This document shows, in pieces, positions 38,552 to 47,035 of a DNA stretch of 64,000 nt; position 1 is the stretch's first letter, and each line of letters begins with the position of its first letter. This DNA comes from Candidatus Levyibacteriota bacterium. Lineage in GTDB: Bacteria; Patescibacteriota; Microgenomatia; Levybacterales; UBA12049. Position numbers and translations under genes: made by a program. The notes beneath the pieces are model-generated. The model did no database searches. It was not told the origin of the DNA and saw only the letters and a program-made list of their open reading frames with translations. The stretch is taken from contig JAJDCG010000001.1 in the NCBI GenBank assembly GCA_029260965.1, forward strand, positions 20,803-84,802, in the 5' to 3' direction.

Positions 38552-38680
38552 AAATACGAATATCAAAACAATAAATGACAAAAAGTTTTGATATTTGAAA
38601 ATTATTTAGAATTTCGATATTCGTATTTCGAATTTATAAAAATCAACATTCACTTATAGAAATTAAAAATTGATTTTTAT
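38552..38680. repeat. AT-rich inverted repeats between smpB and ssrA
   Basis: 13-bp IR 38552-64/38616-28, alternative 11-bp partner 38585-95, 11-bp IR 38636-46/38670-80. Confidence 0.8.
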
Positions 38681-38682
38681 TG

Positions 38683-39091
38683 GGGGATGAATTGATTCGA
38701 CGAGAAACGTACCTTAAAAACTGCAAGCCGGCATTGAATCAAAGCCGTAAAACTGATTCAAAAAATAAATGCTAAAGAACGCATTTCAGCTTTGAAAGCT
38801 GAAGCACGAGCAATCGTTGCTGAACTTTCAAGCGGTTTTCAGCCTAACTACGCAGTAGTCTAAGCTCTAAGCCTGTTCATATAAGTCTTTCTCAACGGGA
38901 TTGTATGGGCATAAACACAGTTGGGAAAAAAATAAAAAGTTTGGTTTCACTTTTTATTGAATTTATCAGACCTAGGCTTTAAAATTCCTGTCAATTGGAT
39001 AATTTAAAGTTGAATTTAATAATTGACTATGCTTGTAGACGTTAAAAGATAATTTACTCGGACTCGATGTCACTCATCGACATCTCCACCA
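38683..39091 (+). ncRNA. ssrA: tmRNA
   Basis: GGGGATG...CATCTCC-ACCA acceptor with G3:U, GATTCGAC, ATAAAT-GCT resume context, tag ORF 38771-38863, next to smpB. Confidence 0.95.
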
Positions 39092-39093
39092 CT

Positions 39094-39120
39094 AAAAACT
39101 ACCAGAAATGGTGGTTTTTT
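39094..39120 (+). terminator. Intrinsic terminator after ssrA
   Basis: AAAAACTACCA-GAAA-TGGTGGTTTTTT. Confidence 0.85.
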
Positions 39121-39192
39121 GTTGCCAAAACAACTCATCATAAAGCATGAGTAGTATACTTTAGATATAAAAATTGAAAGCTAAAATAAAAA

Positions 39193-39888
39193 TTATTCTC
39201 CATGCGCCAGGGTCAGACCGTAGACTTTTTTAACTCCTGCTTTTTTCAAAACTTTTGCCGCTTCTTTAATAGTTGCACCAGAAGTCAAGACATCATCCAC
39301 CAGAAAAACAGTTCCATAATTCATGATTCCTAATTCATTATTTTTAATCCCAAACGCTCCTCTAATATTCTCTTCACGCTCCTCTTTTTTAAGTCCAAAC
39401 TGCCGTTTGGTGTTTTTAGTACGATGGAGAATCTTTAAGACTTTGATATTAAATTTTTGGGAAAGACCCTTTGCCAAAATCTCTGAGTGGTTATAACCCC
39501 GCTCTCTCATTCTGCTCTGATGAAGCGGAATCGGGACAAAAACCGACTTCTTATCAAGAGTGATCATAAACTCTTCTTTTTGAATTATCCCTTCATAAAA
39601 AAGATCAAGGAGCATGTCGCTCATATCTGAAAGGAAAGGCTTGTATTTGAACCTATAAATCAATCTTTTAACAACACCTCTATAGACAAGGCTTGAGAAA
39701 GCTCCATCAGGTGTATATTTGTTAAGGCACTTTGGATGAGTCAGGCTGCCGATTGCTGCTTTTTGACAAACAATGCATGTGCCGCTGTCAATAAATGAGA
39801 TGTAGGAAAAACACTTGGCACAAATATAAGAACCAAATCTCTGACAGCTAACACAACGTCGAGGAAATATAAAATCAAGTAAGCCCAT
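39193..39888 (-). CDS. comF: ComF family protein (double zinc ribbon plus PRTase)
   Basis: CxxC pairs, PIPLH..R..ERGYN, LVDDVLTSGAT. Confidence 0.93.
   Translation of the reverse strand: MGLLDFIFPRRCVSCQRFGSYICAKCFSYISFIDSGTCIVCQKAAIGSLTHPKCLNKYTPDGAFSSLVYRGVVKRLIYRFKYKPFLSDMSDMLLDLFYEGIIQKEEFMITLDKKSVFVPIPLHQSRMRERGYNHSEILAKGLSQKFNIKVLKILHRTKNTKRQFGLKKEEREENIRGAFGIKNNELGIMNYGTVFLVDDVLTSGATIKEAAKVLKKAGVKKVYGLTLAHGE
39315..39349. repeat. Degenerate heptamer tract inside comF
   Basis: CATAATT CATGATT CCTAATT CATTATT TTTAATC; encodes IKNNELGIMNY. Confidence 0.8.
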
Positions 39889-39925
39889 CCTTAAAGTTTA
39901 GCAAAAAACCTGTTATGCTATAAAA

Positions 39926-41104
39926 ATGCCCGAATATTTACATCAACACCTCAAGGTTCACCATCCACATCTTACAGAGATGAATGAACTATATTTTTCA
40001 ATTTCACTTTATGTCTTCTCTTTTGGCCTGGTTGGAATTTTTGTACCAATTTACATCTACAATCTTGAATTTTCAACTGTACAGCTAGCTATGTATTTCA
40101 TGATTACAGAAGGTGTCAGAACTGTATTCAATCCTACTGCCTCTATGCTCGTAAAAAAATATGGTCCCAAACACATACTGATTTTCAGTTATGTTCTCAT
40201 GTTTTTCTATGTTCTTGCTTTATATGGACTCCCTTTCTATCGCTTTCTTCTTTATCCCGCAGGAACTATAGGAGGAATAGCATTGTGCATATTCTGGATG
40301 GCAAGACATATCGACCTGGCAACTATAATAAGCGACCATGAACCCACAACCCAATACACAACGCTTCTTATCTTTTCTTACATCGCACAAGGCATGGCTC
40401 CTCTTACTGGTGGGATTATAGCTACTCAATTTGGCATTGGCTATGGCTTTCTAGCAGCAGGGCTGGGACTACTCCTAGCATCATATCCACTTCTGAAGAC
40501 TCTTGAACCACACACTCTCAAAGGGGCAAATATAAAATTATTCAAAACTGCACCCACGAAACATCTGATCGCTAATTTTGCCATGAACGCTCAGAGCATC
40601 GTTGGTATACTTATTTGGCCACTTTTTATATTCTTGGCGGTTGAAACATATCAGGATGTAGGTCTGATAGCCACCGTATCTTTGCTCACATCCATATTAG
40701 TACTCAGAACTGTAGGTAAAATGGGTGATAGGGGTAAAAATTCAGCTGTTTTAAAACTGGGTTCAACCATGCGTTCAGCTGTTCATGTCATCCGTACTTT
40801 TTCCAGATCTTTTTTTAACACACTGGGAGTAAATTTGCTCGGTGACCTGACAGATAACATGACCGCTGTGCCCTACACCATGCGGTTTTATGAAGGGGCA
40901 AGAAAATACGGTATCGCCCCATACTTAACAGATATGGAAATCGCAGGAGGACTAGGCAAGGTCTTTCCATGGCTAATCATCCTCATCCTGGGCGCGCATT
41001 TAGATCTAAGAACCACGCTGATCGTGACGTTTGTAACAGCAGCGCTTTTGACCCCATTCATCCGACTAATTGAGCCCCTACAGGAAAAAGGTAGCAGAGA
41101 CTAG
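39926..41104 (+). CDS. MFS transporter
   Basis: About 12 TM, KKYGPK and GKMGDRG loop motifs. Confidence 0.85.
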   Translation: MPEYLHQHLKVHHPHLTEMNELYFSISLYVFSFGLVGIFVPIYIYNLEFSTVQLAMYFMITEGVRTVFNPTASMLVKKYGPKHILIFSYVLMFFYVLALYGLPFYRFLLYPAGTIGGIALCIFWMARHIDLATIISDHEPTTQYTTLLIFSYIAQGMAPLTGGIIATQFGIGYGFLAAGLGLLLASYPLLKTLEPHTLKGANIKLFKTAPTKHLIANFAMNAQSIVGILIWPLFIFLAVETYQDVGLIATVSLLTSILVLRTVGKMGDRGKNSAVLKLGSTMRSAVHVIRTFSRSFFNTLGVNLLGDLTDNMTAVPYTMRFYEGARKYGIAPYLTDMEIAGGLGKVFPWLIILILGAHLDLRTTLIVTFVTAALLTPFIRLIEPLQEKGSRD

Positions 41105-41133
41105 CTTCTTAATGCTATAATGCTCTGGCTCAT

Positions 41134-41221
41134 GGAGGAGTCGCATAGCTTGGTCCATTGCGGGGGTTTGCTAAATCCCTGAGTAGAAATACTCACGCAG
41201 GTTCGAATCCTGTCTCCTCCG
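41134..41221 (+). tRNA. tRNA-Ser(GCT)
   Basis: GGAGGAG acceptor, TT-GCT-AA, long variable arm, G73. Confidence 0.95.
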
Positions 41222-41229
41222 CAACATTT

Positions 41230-41733
41230 ATGAAAAACTTAAAATCCAATCTTCACGAAGATTATCTCAGGTCTCTGATGTTTGGTCTTCAAGATGGAAT
41301 TGTTTCTACAACTGGAGTTGTTGTTGGAATCTCAACCGGTGTTAACGATAAGGCAATTATCGTTCTGGCAGCAATCGTTGCAGTCATGGTGGAGGCATCA
41401 TCAATGGGTGCTGGACAATACTCCAGTGAAAAAGCAGTTCATCAAATGGATAAAACTGGCAAACATACAGACAACTTATTAATAGGCGCATTTATTATGT
41501 TTTTTGCATATTTGATCGGTGGTATGTTTTCAATTGTTCCAACCATAATTCTTGATCAGCCGATTGCGCGATATGCTGCCATTGCCTCATCTTTCATAGG
41601 ACTTTTTGTAATCGGATTTCTCAAAGGAAAAATAGTTGAACACAGACCATGGAGATCGGCTATTGAGCTCTTCATCATCGGCTCAATCGCCACAACAGTG
41701 GGAATAGTAGTTGGAAGTTTTTTGAAGGTCTAG
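41230..41733 (+). CDS. VIT1/CCC1 family metal transporter
   Basis: FGLQDGIVS, SMGAGQY.S; start moved out of the tRNA. Confidence 0.9.
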   Translation: MKNLKSNLHEDYLRSLMFGLQDGIVSTTGVVVGISTGVNDKAIIVLAAIVAVMVEASSMGAGQYSSEKAVHQMDKTGKHTDNLLIGAFIMFFAYLIGGMFSIVPTIILDQPIARYAAIASSFIGLFVIGFLKGKIVEHRPWRSAIELFIIGSIATTVGIVVGSFLKV

Positions 41734-41760
41734 GTTAGTAATTCGTTGCTTTTCTAATTT

Positions 41761-41850
<90 letters not shown>

Positions 41851-41931
41851 AGATCATAGTATTGTAACAAAAACAAGTCATCCAGTCACGCACAAGTTGA
41901 CTAACAAGCCCATTCGTGTAAAAATATTTTT

Positions 41932-42459
41932 GTGGCCAAAAAAATTACCATCTATACAATCCTTGCTCTTGCTATCGGCATATCTCTAGGCTATTTTCTC
42001 GGCTATGATATCGGTTGGGAAAAAGCACTCTCCCAGCACGCGATAGATGAAACGGCACATGATGACTCAATGTACACAAACCATATGCAACACGAGCAAA
42101 TGGAAGCAACAACTCCTGTCCCATCTGTTGATCTGGTTATCCACAAAGACCCAAAAGGTGGATATAACGCACAGATCATTCTTACCAATATGGTTTTCTC
42201 GCCCGAAAACGTAAGCGGAGATCATGTACCAGGTCAGGGACATGCCCATATTTATGTTAACGGTATAAAGATAAACAGAGTTTATGGAGAATGGTATTAC
42301 CTAGGAGAACTTGAACCTGGCATTCATGAGGTATCTGTAAGGCTCTCAACCAATAACCATAAGGAGCTTGTCCAAGATGGGAAGATTATAACTGATATTG
42401 AAACAATTGAAGTTGCAGAGCAGGAAAATTCAATGAACAACATGCAAATGGAAAAATGA
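41932..42459 (+). CDS. Membrane-anchored His/Met-rich protein, putative metal binding
   Basis: TM, HMQHEQM, GHAHIYVNG, NNH. Confidence 0.7.
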   Translation: MAKKITIYTILALAIGISLGYFLGYDIGWEKALSQHAIDETAHDDSMYTNHMQHEQMEATTPVPSVDLVIHKDPKGGYNAQIILTNMVFSPENVSGDHVPGQGHAHIYVNGIKINRVYGEWYYLGELEPGIHEVSVRLSTNNHKELVQDGKIITDIETIEVAEQENSMNNMQMEK

Positions 42460-42869
42460 ACATGTTCAAGCCTGTTGCGGCAAAATCAGTTGATGAATAC
42501 ATAGGACTCCTTGAGCCCCAACGAAAAGAAATCATCAAACATCTCCACAGTCTTATTCAAAAAACCTCTCCAGATCTCAAGCCTCATTTCGCCTATAACA
42601 TGCTCGGCTATGGTAGTTTTAAATATAAAAATTATAAAAAAGAAATAATTGATTGGCCAATTATTGCTCTTGCAAGTCAAAAAAATTATGTCAGCCTTTA
42701 TGTTTGCTCGCTTGAGGGTGGTAAATATCTGGCTGAAAAGTACAAACAAAAACTGGGTAAGGTTAGTGTCGGCAAATCTTGCATCAGGTTCAAAAAACTT
42801 GAGGATTTGAATCTGGATGAAGTCAAAAAAATTATTAAAAAAGCAAGCAACAATCCAGGCTTATCTTAA
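42456..42869 (+). CDS. DUF1801 (YdhG-like) protein
   Basis: SVDEYI, MLGYG, LASQKNYVSLY, GKSCIRFKKL. Confidence 0.85.
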   Translation: MNMFKPVAAKSVDEYIGLLEPQRKEIIKHLHSLIQKTSPDLKPHFAYNMLGYGSFKYKNYKKEIIDWPIIALASQKNYVSLYVCSLEGGKYLAEKYKQKLGKVSVGKSCIRFKKLEDLNLDEVKKIIKKASNNPGLS

Positions 42870-42907
42870 AATTTGACTTTTAACCTTCGACTGTTTACAG
42901 TTTTAGT

Positions 42908-43468
42908 ATGCCCATCTCCCAAAAAACACACTCACAAAAACAAAAACCACTTGAAGATATTATGTATGAACATAATGTTCATACATATCTTGAATGGCAC
43001 GCACCCGGAAGACCTTTTAAAGAACATTCTTTTGAATACTACTTTAATATTTTCCTAATCATGATCGCTGTTGAGATAATATTATTTTTATTTGGTCAGT
43101 ATATTTTAATGCTTGTTGTTTTCTCATTAGTTTTTTTCACATTTAGCCTGTCTCTTGTGCCACCGAGAAACTTTTATTACACAATTTCTTCTGAGGGCAT
43201 ACGAGTCGAGGATCATTTTTTTATCTGGGAGGAGCTTTATGATTTCTTCTTTATCAAACACCATGGTAAAGATGTACTCTACGTAAGAACAAAGGCCTTT
43301 TTCCCAGGTGAATTGAACATAAATATAGACGGGATAACAACAGATGAAATAAAAAACACACTCCTTCCCTATCTTCCATTTCGTGAATACGTAAAACCCA
43401 CTTTTATAGAAAAGTCAGGAGATTGGCTTTCAAAAAACTTCCCATTGGAAAAAACTGCAAAACAATAA
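42908..43468 (+). CDS. Conserved 2-TM protein with PH-like C-domain
   Basis: W.AP.RPF, 2 TM, YTISSEGIRV...W.EL. Confidence 0.75.
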   Translation: MPISQKTHSQKQKPLEDIMYEHNVHTYLEWHAPGRPFKEHSFEYYFNIFLIMIAVEIILFLFGQYILMLVVFSLVFFTFSLSLVPPRNFYYTISSEGIRVEDHFFIWEELYDFFFIKHHGKDVLYVRTKAFFPGELNINIDGITTDEIKNTLLPYLPFREYVKPTFIEKSGDWLSKNFPLEKTAKQ

Positions 43469-43505
43469 TATCGCGATTAATCCTCTTGTCTTTTACAAGC
43501 TACTG

Positions 43506-43593
43506 CGGAGGGTACAGGATTTGAACCTGTGAATCCACCATAGGCGGATCGAGTTTTCGAAACTCGTGCAATTGGCCACTATGCGAACCCTCC
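43506..43593 (-). tRNA. tRNA-Ser(CGA)
   Basis: CGAGT-TTCGAAA-ACTCG, long variable arm. Confidence 0.95.
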
Positions 43594-43601
43594 ATCACCA
43601 G

Positions 43602-43675
43602 TACTCCCGAGAAGATTCGAACTTCCGACCTCAACATCCGCAATGTTGCGCTCTATCCAGCTGAGCTACGGGAGC
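43602..43675 (-). tRNA. tRNA-Arg(GCG)
   Basis: CAACA-TTGCGGA-TGTTG, GGATA D-loop (A20). Confidence 0.93.
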
Positions 43676-43729
43676 AATACGCGTATTTTACCTAAATATT
43701 AAAAGAGGTGCAATTAAATGACCTAGGTT

Positions 43730-44509
43730 TTAATTCCCTTTTCCTCGAGGTGCTGTACCACCTGCTGTTGCGGAAAGTCCAAATATAACTGCATAATAAC
43801 TAAGAAGAGTTCCGATAATAATCGTATACATAGCTATCTTAATTGTTTTTTTCAGCTTTGGATGTTCTACGGAGAATAATTTACTTTCTTGTTTAATCTT
43901 CATCATTCTTGACATTCCCACCTTTAATCTCTCTCTATCTTCCTCTGTTAGTTGATCGTGCTCTTTGTCTTTTAGTTCATCAACATCAGCTTTTTCTTGC
44001 TTGAGTTCTGCCATTATTTTATTATAATCAGCTAACATTTTTTCCTGCTCTTCGGGAGCAAGTTCTTCCTCTGTAAGCTCCTCTGTGTTTATTACCTTTT
44101 CTGCCGCACTTATCACATCATCTCTGACATTCCCCTTTTCATCAAGGATTTCTGGTCCTGCTTCATCAACTGAACCACCCTCTACTGCTAGAACCTCCTT
44201 CAACAAATTGTGCGCTTCTTCGTGTCGCCCTGCTGCTCCCAGTCTCAAAACCTCAGCAATTAATTCTTCTAGAGATGTCTCCCTCTCATCTCTTACAGGT
44301 ACATCAGACGACTCATCACCTGCAGGATTATTTGGAGGACGCATTCGCCCAGGCGCTCCTCCACGAGGACCGAAAGAGCGCCTACCTCCAGTAAGCGGTC
44401 TTCTTCTTTCCTCGCCCTCGTCCACCGCATCCTCCCCAGTGGGGCGCTGTTCGTCTGGATTTGTAGGATTTTCTCCGTTTTCTGGCTCCATATATAATGC
44501 TTCTGTCAT
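43730..44509 (-). CDS. Hypothetical acidic protein with C-terminal TM
   Basis: AAGGAGG 7 nt before ATG 44509; disordered N-terminus, helical core, tail anchor. Confidence 0.75.
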   Translation of the reverse strand: MTEALYMEPENGENPTNPDEQRPTGEDAVDEGEERRRPLTGGRRSFGPRGGAPGRMRPPNNPAGDESSDVPVRDERETSLEELIAEVLRLGAAGRHEEAHNLLKEVLAVEGGSVDEAGPEILDEKGNVRDDVISAAEKVINTEELTEEELAPEEQEKMLADYNKIMAELKQEKADVDELKDKEHDQLTEEDRERLKVGMSRMMKIKQESKLFSVEHPKLKKTIKIAMYTIIIGTLLSYYAVIFGLSATAGGTAPRGKGN

Positions 44510-44629
44510 TTTATATCCTCCTTTTAGTTTATGCAAATAATAGGCTATAATTAGATTGATTATAAACAAAGATTGTAAGCACAGCTTTATATTAATCTTA
44601 TAGCTAAATTATAATTTTAAAAAAATGAT

Positions 44630-44716
44630 GGAGGGATCGCATAGTGGTCTAGTGCGCGGGCTTGGAAAGCTCGTATGGTCGAAAGACTATCGGGGGTTCG
44701 AATCCCCCTCCCTCCG
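44630..44716 (+). tRNA. tRNA-Ser(GGA)
   Basis: CGGGC-TTGGAAA-GCTCG, long variable arm. Confidence 0.95.
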
Positions 44717-44758
44717 CAACTTGACAACACTATCAAAATACCTCACACTAAAATAGCT

Positions 44759-47011
44759 ATGCTCTCTGCCCGCAAAGTCTTCTTATCTTTTTGTTTGTTT
44801 TTAGTTACATTTCTTGCAGCTCCATCCTTATCTTTTGCCCAATTACCAACATCCAATCTTAATCCAGAAGTCCCACGCAACCAACACACCCTCGCACAAT
44901 CAACAATGATCGAAATAATGTCTGCAGTCATTTGCCAAATGACAGGCATAGATCCACTTTATCCAGAACAGGGTTGTCTAGGGTTCAATACAGAAACAAA
45001 AAAGTTAGGACTTATACCTCCAGAGTATGATGATAATGGCAAACTTCAGGCAGGAGGGATGTTGGGGGGCACATCGGATATGATTGCAGCACTTTATACA
45101 CCAATTACATCTACTACAGAATTTGTGCACTATATGACGCGCGATTTTGGAATCGTAAAAGACGCTAATGCACAGGCAGGATATGGTTTTCAAGCACTCA
45201 GTCCAGTACTTGCTGTCTGGGAAGTTGTCCGTAACGCAGCCTACACCCTTCTGGTGCTTGCATTCGTTTTCATTGGCATCGGCATTATGCTCAGGGTCAA
45301 AATCGACCCCAGAACAGTTATGGGTATTCAAAACCAAATCCCTAGAGTCATAATTGCAATACTTCTTATCACCTTTTCCTATGCAATCTCTGCTGTGCTG
45401 ATTGATATGATGTGGGTCACAACATATGCAGGAGTAAACCTGCTCACAAACGCCCAGGGAGAAAGTATCAAGGTTGATTCCTGTAAGTCCACAAACAACA
45501 AAGTAGGAATAGCAGAACAAGTAAATAAAAATATTCTTCAGACACCAATGACCTTCTTCCATCAAGTATTTGCTGAATGCGACGACAGCGAACAGGAGGG
45601 AGTTTTACAGGGAAGGGGATACCTACAGGGCAACAACAGGGACGGCGGATTTCATGTAATGACCAAAGCAATAGGGGGTGCTACGGGACAATTGATTAAT
45701 AATACTGTAAGAAGTATTTTTCTTGACGAAGACGATGAATCAAGAGACTGTGGTTTGCTCAGTACGCTGGGGAATCCAATCCAGTGTGTTAAAAAGGGCC
45801 TGATTAATGGACTTGGTTTTTTTGCAAGCCTTCTCACAACTATCATCATCTTTACAGTCCTCCTTACCACGCTTTTTAGAATCTGGTTTATGCTTCTGAA
45901 GGCGTTTGCCTATACTCTTATCTACACAATCACCGGACCCATCTATATCGCGTTTGGGCTTCTACCTTCAAAACCGCTTGGATTTGAAAAATGGCTTCGT
46001 TCAATATTTGCAAACCTTGCGGTTTTTCCTCTGACTGCTTTTCTATTGGTAGGAGCCAGGCTTATGGTTGGTCTTTATGAAAACGCCTCAACTACTGCGT
46101 TCACACCACCGCTTCTTGGGAATACCGCAAACACGAACTATGGTGTTTTAATTGCACTAGGCATCCTTCTCCTAGGGCCTGCAATAGGAGACATCCTACG
46201 AGACAAGATGGGTGCACAAAATCTGAAAACACCTGGCATTGTCAAAACAGGACTGATACTTGGTGCTGCACCAGTTGGGCAGCTTGCCAATAGAATAAAA
46301 GCCAATGCCACAAGACGCGATAATGCAGGAAATCCAATCGGCAGCTTTTCAGCTGGCGTGGAGCGCAGCACTTCTGCTGCCAAACAATCACTTGGAAAAA
46401 TACCGATTATAAAAAGTCTAGGAGGAGAAAAATATGCCATTAATGAAGCTGAAAAACGCACCAACAGGCAGCGCTATGGAATGGCCGCAACCAATAAACA
46501 AATCCTTAAAAACAACGAGCATTTTGGTCTGGAAAAAGTAAAAGGTAAAGCAAAACTCAAAAACGGAAATACTGTCCAAAGTGCTAGCGATTATCGAAAG
46601 TGGGTAGGTGAAATGAGCACGGATGATAGAAAAAAACACATACAAGACGTGATGGGTGGCAGGCGCTTGGGCGCACATGGTTGGTACGGAGACGAACACG
46701 CATCAAGAACTGGAGGAGAAAGGGGATCAGAAGGTAGCAGCAACCAAAATAGCAGCACAAACATAAACACTCCTCATGTAACCATAAGGGCAGGAAGCAT
46801 CGAGGGTCTGCATGAACGTATGGATGAAAAATTAAGAAACAGCACGCCTGAAGCAAGAGAACGATTCCAAAACAACTATCATGCAAAAACTGCTAATAAG
46901 TTCATCAACAAAGATCAATCCTCTTACAGCACCGAGGAGCGAGAGGAAGCAAAACGTGTTCTCGAGGAAATACTCAGCGAAGAAAACGGGGATGGGAACA
47001 ACTCTGCTTGA
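44759..47011 (+). CDS. Polytopic membrane protein, VirB6/TrbL-like T4SS component
   Basis: Signal peptide, W..VRN..Y, IP..IIA.LLITFSYAI, multi-TM core, charged C-tail; near the T4SS operon. Confidence 0.65.
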   Translation: MLSARKVFLSFCLFLVTFLAAPSLSFAQLPTSNLNPEVPRNQHTLAQSTMIEIMSAVICQMTGIDPLYPEQGCLGFNTETKKLGLIPPEYDDNGKLQAGGMLGGTSDMIAALYTPITSTTEFVHYMTRDFGIVKDANAQAGYGFQALSPVLAVWEVVRNAAYTLLVLAFVFIGIGIMLRVKIDPRTVMGIQNQIPRVIIAILLITFSYAISAVLIDMMWVTTYAGVNLLTNAQGESIKVDSCKSTNNKVGIAEQVNKNILQTPMTFFHQVFAECDDSEQEGVLQGRGYLQGNNRDGGFHVMTKAIGGATGQLINNTVRSIFLDEDDESRDCGLLSTLGNPIQCVKKGLINGLGFFASLLTTIIIFTVLLTTLFRIWFMLLKAFAYTLIYTITGPIYIAFGLLPSKPLGFEKWLRSIFANLAVFPLTAFLLVGARLMVGLYENASTTAFTPPLLGNTANTNYGVLIALGILLLGPAIGDILRDKMGAQNLKTPGIVKTGLILGAAPVGQLANRIKANATRRDNAGNPIGSFSAGVERSTSAAKQSLGKIPIIKSLGGEKYAINEAEKRTNRQRYGMAATNKQILKNNEHFGLEKVKGKAKLKNGNTVQSASDYRKWVGEMSTDDRKKHIQDVMGGRRLGAHGWYGDEHASRTGGERGSEGSSNQNSSTNINTPHVTIRAGSIEGLHERMDEKLRNSTPEARERFQNNYHAKTANKFINKDQSSYSTEEREEAKRVLEEILSEENGDGNNSA

Positions 47012-47015
47012 TAAA

Positions 47016-47034
47016 CTTGCCTGATCCAGGCAGG
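47016..47034. terminator. GC hairpin between convergent genes
   Basis: CTTGCCTG-ATC-CAGGCAGG. Confidence 0.55.
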
Positions 47035-47035
47035 C

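Noticed and set aside
38035-41130. Shared TATAA(A)TGCTCTGGCT at 38035 and 41116
   Set aside because: Only about 12 exact nt, two copies and no common downstream feature; compatible with chance.
41158-41229. N-terminal extension of the VIT1 ORF (likewise 44675-44758 of the VirB6-like ORF)
   Set aside because: The extensions run through tRNA genes; downstream ATGs are the plausible starts.
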